Assembly (NCBI GenBank): GCA_963817915.1
Contig: CAWFQL010000011.1
Coordinates: 32,001-96,000, forward strand
Origin: an uncultured candidate division Zixibacteria bacterium
GTDB taxonomy: Bacteria > Zixibacteria > MSB-5A5 > UBA10806
DNA: 64,000 nt
Direction: 5' to 3'
Made by a program: the position numbers and the translations under genes. The first letter of the stretch is position 1. Every line of letters starts with the position of its first letter. The notes beneath the pieces were generated by a model, which searched no databases, was not told the DNA's origin, and saw only the letters and a program-made list of their open reading frames with translations. Below, in pieces: positions 31,444 to 42,614 of the stretch.

Positions 31444-32379
31444 TTGTCAATACTCGATAAATTCTATTCAGGAGATGTGATATCATTGGCCAAGATCATC
31501 TCACATATCGAAAATCGCGGGCCGGAAACCGATGAAATCATGGCGCGGATTTATCAGAAGACTGGTAAGGCCCTGTCTATTGGAATTACGGGCCCGCCCG
31601 GCGCTGGTAAATCGACAATTGTGGATAAGCTCTGTTCGTTATTCTCGACTCGCGGGCAAAGTGTTGGAATAATTGCTGTCGATCCCTCGTCGCCATTCAC
31701 CGGCGGCGCGCTGCTTGGCGACCGTATCCGCATGCAAAATCTGTCATCATTGAAAAATGTATTTATAAGAAGCATGGCCACGCGTGGATCAACCGGTGGA
31801 CTGTCGTTTTCAACATCGGAAGTGATAAAGGTATTGGACGCGTTCGGGAAGGATATTATTCTTGTCGAGACAGTCGGGGTCGGACAGGTGGAGCTCGATG
31901 TCGCCGAGGCCTGCGATATTACTGTCGTAGTGCTTGTCCCGGAATCCGGCGATTCTATTCAGGCCATGAAAGCAGGTCTGATGGAAATAGCCGACATATT
32001 CTGTCTGAATAAAGCCGATCGTGACGGTTCCAACAGGGTAATATCAGAACTCAACATGATACTTGATATAAAGAGAAATAAAGGGCAAAGAGAATTGCCT
32101 GTAATCGCAACTCAGGCCGTAAATAATATCGGTATAGATCAATTGCTGGAAAAAATCGATTCCGAATGCGCCGCTATCAAGACCGGCGACAATTTCAGGA
32201 AACATCGCATAAAAAAGATTCGTTACGACCTCATGAAGACATTCGAATATCGTTTTAGAAAAAGGCTCGCGGATGAGTTGTTGGAGCCGAAAGCGATGGA
32301 AAGTTATATTGAAAAAATATTCGCCGGAAATAGCAACCCCTACGATCTGGCGCGTGAAATAATAGACAATTTGAAATAA
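31444..32379 (+). CDS. meaB: MeaB/ArgK-family GTPase, B12 mutase chaperone
   Basis: [42 protein letters not shown]. Confidence 0.95.
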   Translation: MSILDKFYSGDVISLAKIISHIENRGPETDEIMARIYQKTGKALSIGITGPPGAGKSTIVDKLCSLFSTRGQSVGIIAVDPSSPFTGGALLGDRIRMQNLSSLKNVFIRSMATRGSTGGLSFSTSEVIKVLDAFGKDIILVETVGVGQVELDVAEACDITVVVLVPESGDSIQAMKAGLMEIADIFCLNKADRDGSNRVISELNMILDIKRNKGQRELPVIATQAVNNIGIDQLLEKIDSECAAIKTGDNFRKHRIKKIRYDLMKTFEYRFRKRLADELLEPKAMESYIEKIFAGNSNPYDLAREIIDNLK

Positions 32380-32387
32380 GGAGTAAT

Positions 32388-34060
32388 ATGGATAAATCTA
32401 CCAAAAAGAAATCGAAGGAATCATCCAAGGCCAAATGGCTTGAGGAATTCAAGGAATCGAAACCGGAAAAAGACGCGAAATTCATGACGGTCTCGTCGAG
32501 GCCGATCAAACCACTATATACGCCTGATGATATTGCTGACTTAGATTATGACTCTCAGATCGGGTATCCGGGACAGGCTCCTTATACCCGCGGCGTGCAT
32601 TCATCGATGTACCGCAAGAAAATGTGGACGATGCGACAATTTTCCGGATTTGGCGCTCCCAAACAAACAAATGAGCGGTATCATTACCTCCTAAAGCAGG
32701 GCACTATGGGGCTGTCGGTGGCTTTCGATCTGCCGACTTTGATGGGTTATGATTCCGATTCGGAACGGGCGGTCGGCGAAGTCGGTGTTTGCGGCGTGGC
32801 GGTCGATACTCTCAAAGACATGGAGATTATATTCGATGGTATCAAGCTCGACAAGATTTCCACCTCCATGACGATCAACTGCACTTCTACAATTTTGCTG
32901 GCAATGTATATTGTTGTTGGCGAAAAGCAGGGAGTGCCATCAAAGCTCTTAACCGGGACTCTGCAGAACGATATCCTAAAAGAATATATCGCTCAAAAGG
33001 AATGGATATATCCGCCGGAACCGTCTATCCGTCTGATAACCGATATGATGTCATTCTGCGCCCAGCATGTGCCCAAATGGAATACGATATCAATTTCAGG
33101 TTATCATATACGGGAAGCGGGGGCGACCGCGGCACAGGAGCTGGCGTTCACGCTGGCTGATGGTTTTGCCTATGTCGAAGCGGCCATCAAGGCCGGAATG
33201 GATGTCGATGTCTTCGCGCCAAGATTGTCATTCTTCTTCAATTCGCATCTCGACTTCTTCGAAGAAATCGCCAAATACCGCGCGGCCCGAAGAATCTGGG
33301 CTCGTCATATGAAAGAGCGATATCACGCCAAAGATCCTCATTCGTGGCTTCTGAGATTCCATACTCAGACCGCCGGATGCTCATTAACAGCCCAACAACC
33401 TGAAAACAATATTGTCCGAACCGCATTTCAAGGACTGGCAGGAGTCTTAGGTGGAACTCAATCACTGCATACTAATTCGATGGATGAAACCTACGCGTTG
33501 CCATCCGAGAAGGCAGTCAAAATCGCCCTTCGTACACAGCAATTAATCGCCCATGAAACCGGTGTAGCTAATACGATCGATCCATTGGCCGGATCGTATT
33601 TTGTCGAATCATTGACCAACGATCTCGAAAAAGAAGCCGAAGAATATTTCGCCGAAATCGAAAAACGGGGCGGAGTCCTTAAATGTATCGATCAGGGATA
33701 TTTCCAGAGGGAAATAGCCGAAGCCGCTTATCGTTTCCAAAAGGAAATTGAAAAGAAAGAACGGATAATTGTCGGCATTAACGAGTTTATCGAAGACGAC
33801 GAAAATGTCGAAATTCCGATTTTGAAAATCGATAAGCAAGTCGAACTCGATCAGATTGCGGCCATGAAAAAGGTAAAATCGACCCGCGACAATGATCGTG
33901 TCAAAACATGTCTGGCCGAATCTTGAAAAATGCTGCTCAAAAGGGCGAAAATCATATGCCGCCGCTTCTTGATTGTATCCGATGCTATACCTCCGAAGAA
34001 GAGATAACCAAGGTGCTTACTGAAGTCTTCGGAATCTATACTGAGCCGCCATTGATCTAA
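32388..34060 (+). CDS. icmA: acyl-CoA mutase large subunit, isobutyryl-CoA mutase-like (apparent frameshift near 33920)
   Basis: MCM-family TIM barrel with WTMRQFSGF and KEYIAQKEW (Phe/Gln specificity pair); C-terminus resumes in another frame to TAA at 34060. Confidence 0.85.
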
Positions 34061-34115
34061 ACCCTTCGGAGCTATTCGGTCGTGCAATTTTGAGATCAGG
34101 CGACTCATTTACGGG

Positions 34116-34159
34116 GCGCCAGGTCAAGGCCGGCTGAAGCCGGCCATCCGACCTGGCGC
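34116..34159. repeat. nested palindrome
   Basis: GCGCCAGGTC ... GACCTGGCGC enclosing GGCCGGC-TGAA-GCCGGCC. Confidence 0.65.
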
Positions 34160-34183
34160 AATCTGTTTCAAGCAACTCAGCAC

Positions 34184-34212
34184 TTGACTATTAGACCTAA
34201 ATTTCTTATAAT
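34184..34212 (+). promoter_or_regulatory. sigma70 promoter, predicted leaderless transcript
   Basis: TTGACT-N17-TATAAT with ATG 6 nt downstream and no SD. Confidence 0.65.
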
Positions 34213-34218
34213 TTCACT

Positions 34219-34638
34219 ATGAGATATCTAACTTTGGCTTTTGGGCTGATGATATTGATTTCATTGTCATGCTCATCGGAAAAGAAGGTCAATGGGCCAT
34301 TAATTCAATATCAGGGCAAGATATCGATAACCAACGAATCCTACATACGAGTATACCTTGTCGATTATAAGCAAACTCGCGGCGAAATTCAGCACAGCGA
34401 GCATTTGAATTACTTGCTTTTCCCGGGTGCCAGATTTAATCTTCCCAATAGGTTGGATCCGGAAAACGGCGACATATTTCCTGCCGGCGATAATATAGAT
34501 GTCCGCTACGTGTCGGCCGAGACAATGCCCGGCGATCCCTCGACACCTCTATTTGATTATACCGTAAGTCTTTCTGTCAATGGCAATTCCGTGGTTCATA
34601 TTAAAGGCGGCGGAGATTTCGGGATTAGCCCCGAATGA
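34219..34638 (+). CDS. hypothetical lipoprotein
   Basis: Signal peptide with lipobox-like SLSC. Confidence 0.7.
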   Translation: MRYLTLAFGLMILISLSCSSEKKVNGPLIQYQGKISITNESYIRVYLVDYKQTRGEIQHSEHLNYLLFPGARFNLPNRLDPENGDIFPAGDNIDVRYVSAETMPGDPSTPLFDYTVSLSVNGNSVVHIKGGGDFGISPE

Positions 34639-34771
34639 TCGATGAAAATTCGGCCTCTATTTAATCAATACATTTTTATATACTGCTATTGCGAAAAAGA
34701 AAGATAGTTATTATATTCACCCGTCTGTTGACGCTTGGATAATCGCGATTTTACTTTCGGAGAGGATGATT

Positions 34772-35192
34772 ATGGAGCGAAAATATCGAATTTTACTTGC
34801 CAAGCCGGGTCTTGATGGACATGATCGTGGTGTCAAGGTTATCGCGGCGGCTCTGCGTGATGCCGGTTTCGAGGTAATCTATACAGGCCTTGAGGCAGAC
34901 CCCTGAACAGATAGTCACGGCGGCGATTCAGGAAGATGTCGATGCCATCGGAATGTCGATTCTTTCCGGAGCTCATATGACTCTTTTCCCAATGGTCCTT
35001 GAAAGTCTGAAAAACCAGGGCGCTGATCATATACTGCTTTTTGGCGGTGGAATTATCGCGAAAAGCGAATCGGATGAACTAAAGCAAATGGGTATAGGGG
35101 AGCTTTTTACTCCGGGCGCGTCAACCGACGATATTGTCAAATACCTGAATCAGACACTACCAGGTTACAAAAAAGAAGAAAAAATAATCTAA
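34772..35192 (+). CDS. icmB: acyl-CoA mutase small, cobalamin-binding subunit (apparent frameshift near 34890)
   Basis: [12 protein letters not shown]12-binding motif from ATG 34772; SILSGAH and FGGGII in ORF 34890-35192. Confidence 0.88.
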
Positions 35193-35220
35193 TAGAATAA
35201 ATTATACCAAGTGAGGGATT

Positions 35221-36399
35221 ATGTTTCGTTATAACGTAGACGATCGTCAGCAGCCTATTCGAGAAAAGGTTGCCAGTTTCGCAAAGAAGTTCATTGAGCC
35301 AGTATCCAAAAATCTCGATCATAGAGACGATCCGGATCGTTTCGCGCTCGATCTCTATAAGAGCCTCGGTAAAGAAGGTTTCATGGCCATGAGAATGCCC
35401 AAAGCGTATGGCGGCGGCGGAGTCTCGGCAATCGAATATACCACACTGATCGAAGAATTATGTTACCATGATCCCGCGATTTGCCTTCTCGATGCAGTTT
35501 GCGAATTGGCCACATATCCGATTTACACATTCGGCAATGAAGAGCAGAAGAAAAAATATGTGCCCAAATGCGCCAGCGGCGAATTGATTCCATCATTCGT
35601 ATTAACCGAACCTGATGCCGGTTCCGACGCGGTTAATCAGAAAACTACTGTCACTCCCGATGGCAATGATTTCGTCGTTAACGGCGAAAAGATATTCATC
35701 ATGCATGGCGATGTCGCCGATATTTTCGTGCTCTTTGCCAAGTTCGCGGGCGGCGGCGATGACGATAAGGCCTCGCGAAAGATCTCAGCATTTATTATTG
35801 AGGCTCGCCAAAATGGCAAACTCATCCCCGGAATCAAAGTTGCCACATTGAAGAAAAAGATGGGCATGAGAGCCGCGACCACCGGCCGCATCTGGTTCGA
35901 TAATGTACGCATCCCGCAATCGAGTTTGCTGAATGAAATCGGCAAGGGATTCAAAATCGCTATGAATACTCTCGACGGCGCGCGTGTTGGTGTGGCCGCC
36001 CAGGGATTGGGAATAGCCGAGAGAGCATTGCAGGAATCGGTTGATTACGCAAAAAAGAGAATCTGTTTCGGTCAGCCGATCGGGAAATTCCAGGCTATCC
36101 AATGGATGATTGCTGATATGGCTACACAGATAGAAGCCGCCCGCATGATGGCCTACAAGGTCTCATTGATGCAGGATAAGGGCGAAAAGCTCTCTATCGA
36201 AGCGGCACAAGCCAAGCTATTTTGCACCGAGACTGCCAAATTCTGTGTCGATCGCGCGATGCAGATCCATGGCGGATACGGCTATATTGGCGAATTCTCC
36301 ATGATCGAAAAGCTTTATCGCGACCAGAGAATTACCGAAATCTACGAGGGAACATCGGAAATCCAACGATTGGTTATCTCGGGAAGCTACTTAAGGTAG
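35221..36399 (+). CDS. acyl-CoA dehydrogenase (short/branched-chain type)
   Basis: LTEPDAGSD, NGEKIFI, FGQPI..FQAIQ, IYEGTSEIQR. Confidence 0.95.
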   Translation: MFRYNVDDRQQPIREKVASFAKKFIEPVSKNLDHRDDPDRFALDLYKSLGKEGFMAMRMPKAYGGGGVSAIEYTTLIEELCYHDPAICLLDAVCELATYPIYTFGNEEQKKKYVPKCASGELIPSFVLTEPDAGSDAVNQKTTVTPDGNDFVVNGEKIFIMHGDVADIFVLFAKFAGGGDDDKASRKISAFIIEARQNGKLIPGIKVATLKKKMGMRAATTGRIWFDNVRIPQSSLLNEIGKGFKIAMNTLDGARVGVAAQGLGIAERALQESVDYAKKRICFGQPIGKFQAIQWMIADMATQIEAARMMAYKVSLMQDKGEKLSIEAAQAKLFCTETAKFCVDRAMQIHGGYGYIGEFSMIEKLYRDQRITEIYEGTSEIQRLVISGSYLR

Positions 36400-36403
36400 T
36401 ATT

Positions 36404-36430
36404 GAGGGGGCTTGCAAAAGCCCCTTTTTT
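36404..36430 (+). terminator. rho-independent terminator
   Basis: GGGGCTT-GCAA-AAGCCCC followed by T6. Confidence 0.8.
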
Positions 36431-36508
36431 AATTTCCAAACGGTTCATACTTATTGTATAACCGGCAAAACATGATTTATTGTGGATTTCGACGGGGAAG
36501 GGTTTGAC

Positions 36509-37351
36509 ATGAGATTAGGCGATATCGAACTAAAAACAATTCTGGAAAATTCATTTCATCTTGATGGCGGTTCCATGTTCGGGGTTATACCGAAAATCAT
36601 CTGGAATAAGATGGCCCCATCAGACGAAAACAATCTCATCAGGCTCGATATTAATCCGTTGCTTATAATCTCTGGCAAAGAAAAAATCATAGTCGATACC
36701 GGATTCGGCGATGTGCTCAACGAGCGGCAGAAAAAAATATACTCGGTAAACAGCCCGACACGCTGGGACGAGGAACTTGCAAAAAACAATATAAAGCCTG
36801 AAGATATTACAGCAGTGATTCTAACTCATGCCCATGCCGACCACGCCATGGGTGCGTTACGAATCGGCAAAGATGGCAGGCCGGAGCTCCGTTTCCCCAA
36901 CGCTAAAATATATATTCAAAAGCGCGAATGGCAGGACGCCATGAATCCCAATGAACGCACTGCCGCGACCTATCTCGTGGATAATCTTAGAGTAATAGCG
37001 GATTCGGGCAAGCTCGAGTTGCTTGATGGCGACGGCGATCTATTCCCCGGCATTTCGGTGAAAGTCATCGGCGGGCATACTCCCGGCATGCAAGCGATAA
37101 TGATTGATGGCGGCGGACAGCGAGTGATATATCCTGCCGATCTCATGCCATCATCTGCGCATATTCGCGTACCCTATGTCGCTGCCGTTGATCTCGAACC
37201 TGCTGTAACGATGGAGAAAAAACGTTGGCTGCACGAACGGATGCTCAAAGACGACTGGATAATAGCATTCGATCATGATATTAATATCAAGTTCGCCAAA
37301 TTCAAATCCGGTGAAATGGGTAAAGTCGAGGCGGTCAAAATAAGCATTTAG
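36509..37351 (+). CDS. MBL-fold metallo-hydrolase (YtnP-like)
   Basis: LDGGSMFGVIPK, THAHADH, GHTPG, ADL. Confidence 0.9.
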   Translation: MRLGDIELKTILENSFHLDGGSMFGVIPKIIWNKMAPSDENNLIRLDINPLLIISGKEKIIVDTGFGDVLNERQKKIYSVNSPTRWDEELAKNNIKPEDITAVILTHAHADHAMGALRIGKDGRPELRFPNAKIYIQKREWQDAMNPNERTAATYLVDNLRVIADSGKLELLDGDGDLFPGISVKVIGGHTPGMQAIMIDGGGQRVIYPADLMPSSAHIRVPYVAAVDLEPAVTMEKKRWLHERMLKDDWIIAFDHDINIKFAKFKSGEMGKVEAVKISI

Positions 37352-37390
37352 GTTATGCCAATTATGAATAGGGAATAGAGGATATCGAAT

Positions 37391-38941
37391 ATGAATCTTG
37401 ATGAAAAATTAAAACGACTCCAGGAAATGCGCCATCTTGCCAAGCTCGGCGGCGGCCAAAAACGAATTGATAGCCAACATAAAAAAGGCAAGCTCACCGC
37501 CCGTGAGCGAGTAGACCTTCTTTTGGATGACGGGTCATTCGAGGAGTTCGATATGTTCGTCACGCATCGCACCAAGGAGTTCGGGCTCGAGAAAGAGAAA
37601 TATCTGGGCGATGGGGTAATAACCGGCTACGGCACAATCGATGGCAGATTGGTTTTTGTTTTTTCGCAGGATTTCACCGTATTCGGGGGCACACTCTCGG
37701 AAGCATTCGCCGAAAAGATATGCAAGATTATGGATATGGCTATGAAAGTCGGCGCGCCGGTTATCGGTCTCAATGATTCAGGTGGAGCGAGAATCCAGGA
37801 AGGTGTAGTGTCATTAGGCGGATACGCGGATATCTTTTTGCGCAATACGTTGGCGTCGGGAGTAGTCCCTCAAATATCAGTCATTATGGGCCCATGCGCG
37901 GGTGGCGCGGTCTATTCGCCTGCTATTACCGATTTCACATTCATGGTGAAAAATACATCGTTTATGTTCGTGACAGGCCCTAATGTTGTCAAGACTGTTA
38001 CGCATGAAGAAGTATCATTCGAGGAATTGGGCGGCGCGGATACTCATTCGAGCAAATCCGGCGTCAGCCATTTCGCATGTGATAATGAAGCCGATGCCCT
38101 CTTGAAAGTCCGCAAACTCATGAGCTTTCTGCCATCCAATAATATGGACGATCCTCCGGAATTAGAATCTACCGACCCGGTCGACCGTGCCGATGAAGCC
38201 CTGAATTCCATTGTGCCGGATAATCCCAATAAGCCCTACGATATTAAAGATGTTATCAATAAGGTAGTCGATAACGGCGATTTCTTCGAGGTTCATTCCG
38301 ATTACGCGCTGAATATCGTTGTGGGTTTCGCGCGGATGGGTGGCAAGCCGATCGGCATTATCGCCAATCAGCCTGCGCATCTGGCGGGCGTGCTAGATAT
38401 TGATAGCTCTATCAAGGGCGCGAGATTTATTCGTTTCTGCGACTGCTTCAATATCCCGTTGGTGACATTCGAGGATGTGCCCGGATTCTTGCCGGGAGTG
38501 GCGCAGGAGCATGGCGGCATAATCAAGCATGGGGCGAAATTACTGTTCGCATATTCCGAAGCAACTGTCCCGAAGATTACCGTAATTACACGCAAGGCAT
38601 ACGGCGGGGCGTACGATGTCATGTCATCCAAGCATATCCGTGGCGATATCAACTACGCCTGGCCCAACGCTGAAATCGCGGTTATGGGGCCAAAGGGCGC
38701 GGCAGAGATAATATTCAAAAAGGAAATTGCCGATTCCAAAAATCCGGAAGAATTGCTCAAGCAGAAGGAAGAAGAGTATCGTCAGCTTTTCGCGTCGCCT
38801 TTTATCGCCGCCGAACGGGGCTATATCGATGACGTTATCGAGCCCAAGGACACCAGGCCCCGTCTGATTCGTACCCTTCGCATGCTCGAAACCAAGCGCG
38901 ATCAAAATCCGCCCAAAAAGCACGGCAATATCCCATTGTAG
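37391..38941 (+). CDS. pccB: acyl-CoA carboxylase carboxyltransferase subunit (PccB/MmdA family)
   Basis: [35 protein letters not shown]. Confidence 0.93.
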   Translation: MNLDEKLKRLQEMRHLAKLGGGQKRIDSQHKKGKLTARERVDLLLDDGSFEEFDMFVTHRTKEFGLEKEKYLGDGVITGYGTIDGRLVFVFSQDFTVFGGTLSEAFAEKICKIMDMAMKVGAPVIGLNDSGGARIQEGVVSLGGYADIFLRNTLASGVVPQISVIMGPCAGGAVYSPAITDFTFMVKNTSFMFVTGPNVVKTVTHEEVSFEELGGADTHSSKSGVSHFACDNEADALLKVRKLMSFLPSNNMDDPPELESTDPVDRADEALNSIVPDNPNKPYDIKDVINKVVDNGDFFEVHSDYALNIVVGFARMGGKPIGIIANQPAHLAGVLDIDSSIKGARFIRFCDCFNIPLVTFEDVPGFLPGVAQEHGGIIKHGAKLLFAYSEATVPKITVITRKAYGGAYDVMSSKHIRGDINYAWPNAEIAVMGPKGAAEIIFKKEIADSKNPEELLKQKEEEYRQLFASPFIAAERGYIDDVIEPKDTRPRLIRTLRMLETKRDQNPPKKHGNIPL

Positions 38942-38959
38942 CATATATTCCCCGTGCTA

Positions 38960-39267
38960 TCGGTTTGCCTGACCCGAAAGAATTCCCCGACATCACCGTA
39001 GGGTTTTGATTTATCAAACCCCAAACCTGTCTTTGCGAGGAGACCGGCGGCTGCCGGTCGACGAAGCAATCTGATGGATGATATTTATTGCGTGTCAAAA
39101 GAGCCCGGAATTTCCGTAGGGGTTTGATTTATCAAACCCGTCACCTAAAAATCGCGGATCCCCCCGTAGGGGCGTTTGAAAAAACGCCCATGACATGATG
39201 GGCGTTCAGTTGAACGCCCCTACAATAGATAATGCTATCAGATCACCCCGTAGGGGCCGACCCGCCC
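38960..39267. repeat. mosaic REP-like cluster
   Basis: Two GTAGGG(G/T)TTTGATTTATCAAACCC; TTGCGAGGAG...GACGAAGCAATCT; GTAGGGGCGTTT..AACGCCC paired with GGGCGTTCA..TGAACGCCCCTAC. Confidence 0.85.
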
Positions 39268-40536
39268 GTCGTCCCGAACCCGGCGGATCGCAGTAGCAAA
39301 CCGTAGGGCGGAACCCCCGTGGTTCCGCCGATCCATAGGAAAAAATTAATAAAAAGAGTCCGAACCGCAGGGGTTCGGACCTACTCCTGTCTTAATAGGC
39401 GGTCTTTTCCAAGGCCGCAACCTGATCGCATCTTACGTAGAGACGCAAAATCTTGCGTCTCTACACCGGCAATCGATGATATTATTCCTGTAGCGAGCAG
39501 TAGGGCACGAGTCGAAGACTCCTGCCGATCACGAAGCAATGGCAGGAGTGTACCACTCCTGCCCTACGCGAATTATCCCTATGGGTCGGCCCGAACACGC
39601 CTGATCGCAGTAGCAAACCGTAGGGCGGAACCCCCGTGGTTCCGCCAATTGTATTGTGAAAATAATAGAAAAGAGTCCGAACCGCAGGGGTTCGGACCTA
39701 CTCCTGTCTTAATAGGCGGCCTTTTCCAAGGCCGCAACCCGATCGCATTCTTACGTAGAGACGCAAAATTTTGCGTCTCTACACCGGCAATCGATGATAT
39801 TATTCCTGTAGAGAGCAGTAGGGCAGGAGTCGAAGACTCCTGCCGATCACGAAGCAATGGCAGGAGTGTACCACTCCTGCCCTACGCGAAATATCCCTAT
39901 GGGTCGTCCCGAACCCGGCGGATCGCAGTAGCAAACCGTAGGGCGGAACCCCCGTGGTTCCGCCAATTTGTATTGTGAAAATAATAGAAAAGAGTCCGAA
40001 CCGCAGGGGTTCGGACCTACTCCTGTCTTAATAGACGGCCTTTTCCAAGGCCGCAACCTGATCGCATCTTCCGTAGAGACGCAAAATCTTGCGTCTCTAC
40101 ACCGGCAATTGATGATATTATTCCTGTAGAGAGCAGTAGGGCAGGAGTCGAAGACTCCTGCCGATCACGAAGCAATGGCAGGAGTGTACCACTCCTGCCC
40201 TACGCGAAATATCCCTATGGGTCGTCCCGAACACGGCGGATCGCAGTAGCAAACCGTAGGGCGGAACCCCCGTGGTTCCGCCAATTTGTATTGTGAAAAT
40301 AATAGAAAAAGAGTCCGAACCGCAGGGGTTCGGACCTACTCCTGTCTTAATAGGCGGCCTTTTCCAAGGCCGCAACCTGATCGCATTTCTTCCGTAGAGA
40401 CGCAAAATCTTGCGTCTCTACACCGGCAATCGATGATATTAATCCTGTAGAGAGCAGTAGGGCAGGAGTCGAAGACTCCTGCCGATCACGAAGCAATGGC
40501 AGGAGTGTACCACTCCTGCCCTACGCGAATTATCCC
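39268..40536. repeat. tandem array of 4 near-identical 317-318 bp units built from REP-like hairpins (BIME/REPIN-like)
   Basis: Units start at about 39268, 39585, 39903 and 40221; each has at least 5 GTAG/CTAC-tagged palindromes. Confidence 0.95.
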
Positions 40537-40655
40537 CCCCGCGCGCTCCGGCCACTTCATGACAGCAGGCAAGATGAAATAGGCAAAAAATTATTTTTAG
40601 AGAGGAAATATGTTAAAATTCTAGGTCTCCGGTATAAATGGATGGAGAATAAAAG

Positions 40656-41364
40656 CTATGAAGTAAGCTTTAAGCCGATTATTAGTTTTTTTTCCCAATT
40701 TTTTAGTATGGTCTTTTGGAGGCCAATCGGAAATTGAGTAAACGCATCTTGATATAGAGAAGCAAGAAATTTGGCTATTGCCTCATCCGTTTCCCTGGCA
40801 GATTTAATTATATCCTTTATAGCGTTTGAGTCATATTTAAATTCTTTAAATGTCTCAAAAAGAGATATTTTATAGTGTATATGGCCGTGAATATATGTGG
40901 ACAAACTGCCATATAGACGGCTGCTTTCAGACCATATGCCGATTCTTGGACTTTGATATTATTTTCCCAAGAATGAATCTTGTGAAAATCGTGCACATGG
41001 TCCTTGCTTAACCAATAATTTGGGTTTCTTAAACTTGTTTTAAACTCAACCGGATGAGATTGAAGAAAGACCAAGCCAAAACCTCATCAAGCAATATCCT
41101 CATAGCTACAAAACTTTGCCTATAAAAATTTAGCGGCACTATTGCGAGGATAGTCATAATCTGATTCCATGCACCAACTAAATGCACATTTGCCTTGTTA
41201 TCGTAATACACTTCAATCAAACCCTGACACCAAGCGCTTGTCTTTATAAAAGATTCACTCAATTCCTCGCCTTCGGAGCTTTCCGCAAATTTTTGGGCAC
41301 TTTGAGGATTACAAGAAAGAAGCTGAAGCGCTTGCGTATAGCTACTGCTGTTTTTCTTCGGCAT
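40656..41364 (-). CDS. hypothetical protein, divergent HEPN-like (two apparent frameshifts)
   Basis: Joining 41029-41364, 40817-41074 and 40656-40904 gives about 235 aa with YRQSFVAMRILLDE..FF.SHPVE and LYGSLSTYIHG motifs. Confidence 0.6.
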
Positions 41365-41856
41365 CTTGGCGCTTGTTTAGTTGTTTTAGCATTTCTCGAA
41401 GCCACGGGTCGTCGCCCGATTTATTTCTAAGGGATGGATCAAAATTCAATAAGACTGTTATTAGCCTATCAAAATATGGTTTATCTTCCAGTCGCATCAA
41501 ATATTGTTCTACGCTTTGTCTTTTTACCGGAACATCATCATTAAACTGTATAATAACAATATTATGAATATCAGGAGCAGCTATCTTTTTTATTTTTAAA
41601 TACCTAAGTAGAGCTCGAAGCCTAGCTCGGCTCGCTCGGCGCTAAATTTTGGTTTTTTGTGTGATGCAGGTATAAAAGTAATATCGGCACTGTATTCCGT
41701 ATCCTTGCCAAGAAAACCTTCTAGTGAATTCAGTATTTCCTGACGATATTCGGCGTTTCCAATTATCTTAATTGCTTCTCTCAGTTCGTCTTTTGTCGGG
41801 CAGGCCGAAATAATTGCCCTAACGATGTAATATATTTGTTCCTCTTTTCTAATCAT
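41342..41856 (-). CDS. hypothetical protein of about 170 aa (apparent frameshift near 41610)
   Basis: ORF 41596-41856 continues in another frame (LRYLKIKKIAAPD...DDPWLREMLKQLNKRQDAEEKQQ) to TAG near 41342, overlapping the next start. Confidence 0.6.
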
Positions 41857-41865
41857 TTTACCTTT

Positions 41866-42614
41866 CTATGATAATAATTCGTCGAAGATTGCTAATATTT
41901 CTTGCTTAACTGGGGTTGACCATGGTTGCCGAGACCACTGCATTATCTTTTCCATGACGGACCGTCGACGGAACCGGATTTCTTTATAGGCATACTATAA
42001 TGCAATACGCTCTTTATGCAAAAATCTCCGTATTGAGAATTTGCTCTAATGGCTGTCTCCACAGTTCGGTCGGCGTTAGACCATGGTATCATGTTAAAGA
42101 TTATTCGCATTTTTGGTTGACGGTCACTAAATTTAGCAAGATATAGCAAAAATTCATTCATTAAAACTAATCCGCGCTGACTATATGAATCAGGAACAAC
42201 TGGGGTAACAACCAAATTGGATTTAATTAGTGCGCTCTTTGTCATGAATGACCCAGCGGGATGGCAATCAATAAAGACATAATCGTACTTCTTTTCTGCT
42301 TCATCGAGGAATTTATGAAACCTCTGTTCCATAGGTCGTGTAGATTTTTCTACTTTTCCGAGAACTAAATACATCATGTCTGATGTTCCCGGGATAAGGT
42401 CTACCCCTCCTTTTCCGCCGGACACTTTAAATAATCCTTTGACGACACTTTTTAGTTCTGGAGGTTCCGTATCATTATTAGGAATGATAACTTGGAATGG
42501 ATTGGGTTGGTCCGGTTGCTCAGCTATAACACCGTAAATTGTCTTTCCTGCTTCTTGGAGTGGAAAATAATCTTTTGGTGCTAAAAGATGTTGCGTCAAG
42601 TTGTATTGGGGGTC
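41866..42614 (-). pseudogene. ParA/Soj-family ATPase lacking its N-terminal Walker A
   Basis: DPQYNLT, YDYVFIDCHP and VVTPVVPD motifs; C-terminus resumes in another frame to TAG at 41866; no KGGxGKT seen upstream. Confidence 0.75.

Noticed and set aside
31020..34771. Cobalamin riboswitch upstream of the mutase genes
   Set aside because: No B12-box or AGGGAA core was seen; the structures present belong to the repeat families.
39319..40405. ORFs inside the tandem array (219, 92, 69 and 95 aa)
   Set aside because: They arise from a GC-rich repeat whose period is close to a multiple of 3, and they lack an RBS and protein-like composition.
39268..40536. CRISPR array
   Set aside because: The units are ~318 bp with near-identical sequence between hairpins, there are no unique spacers, and no cas genes are present.
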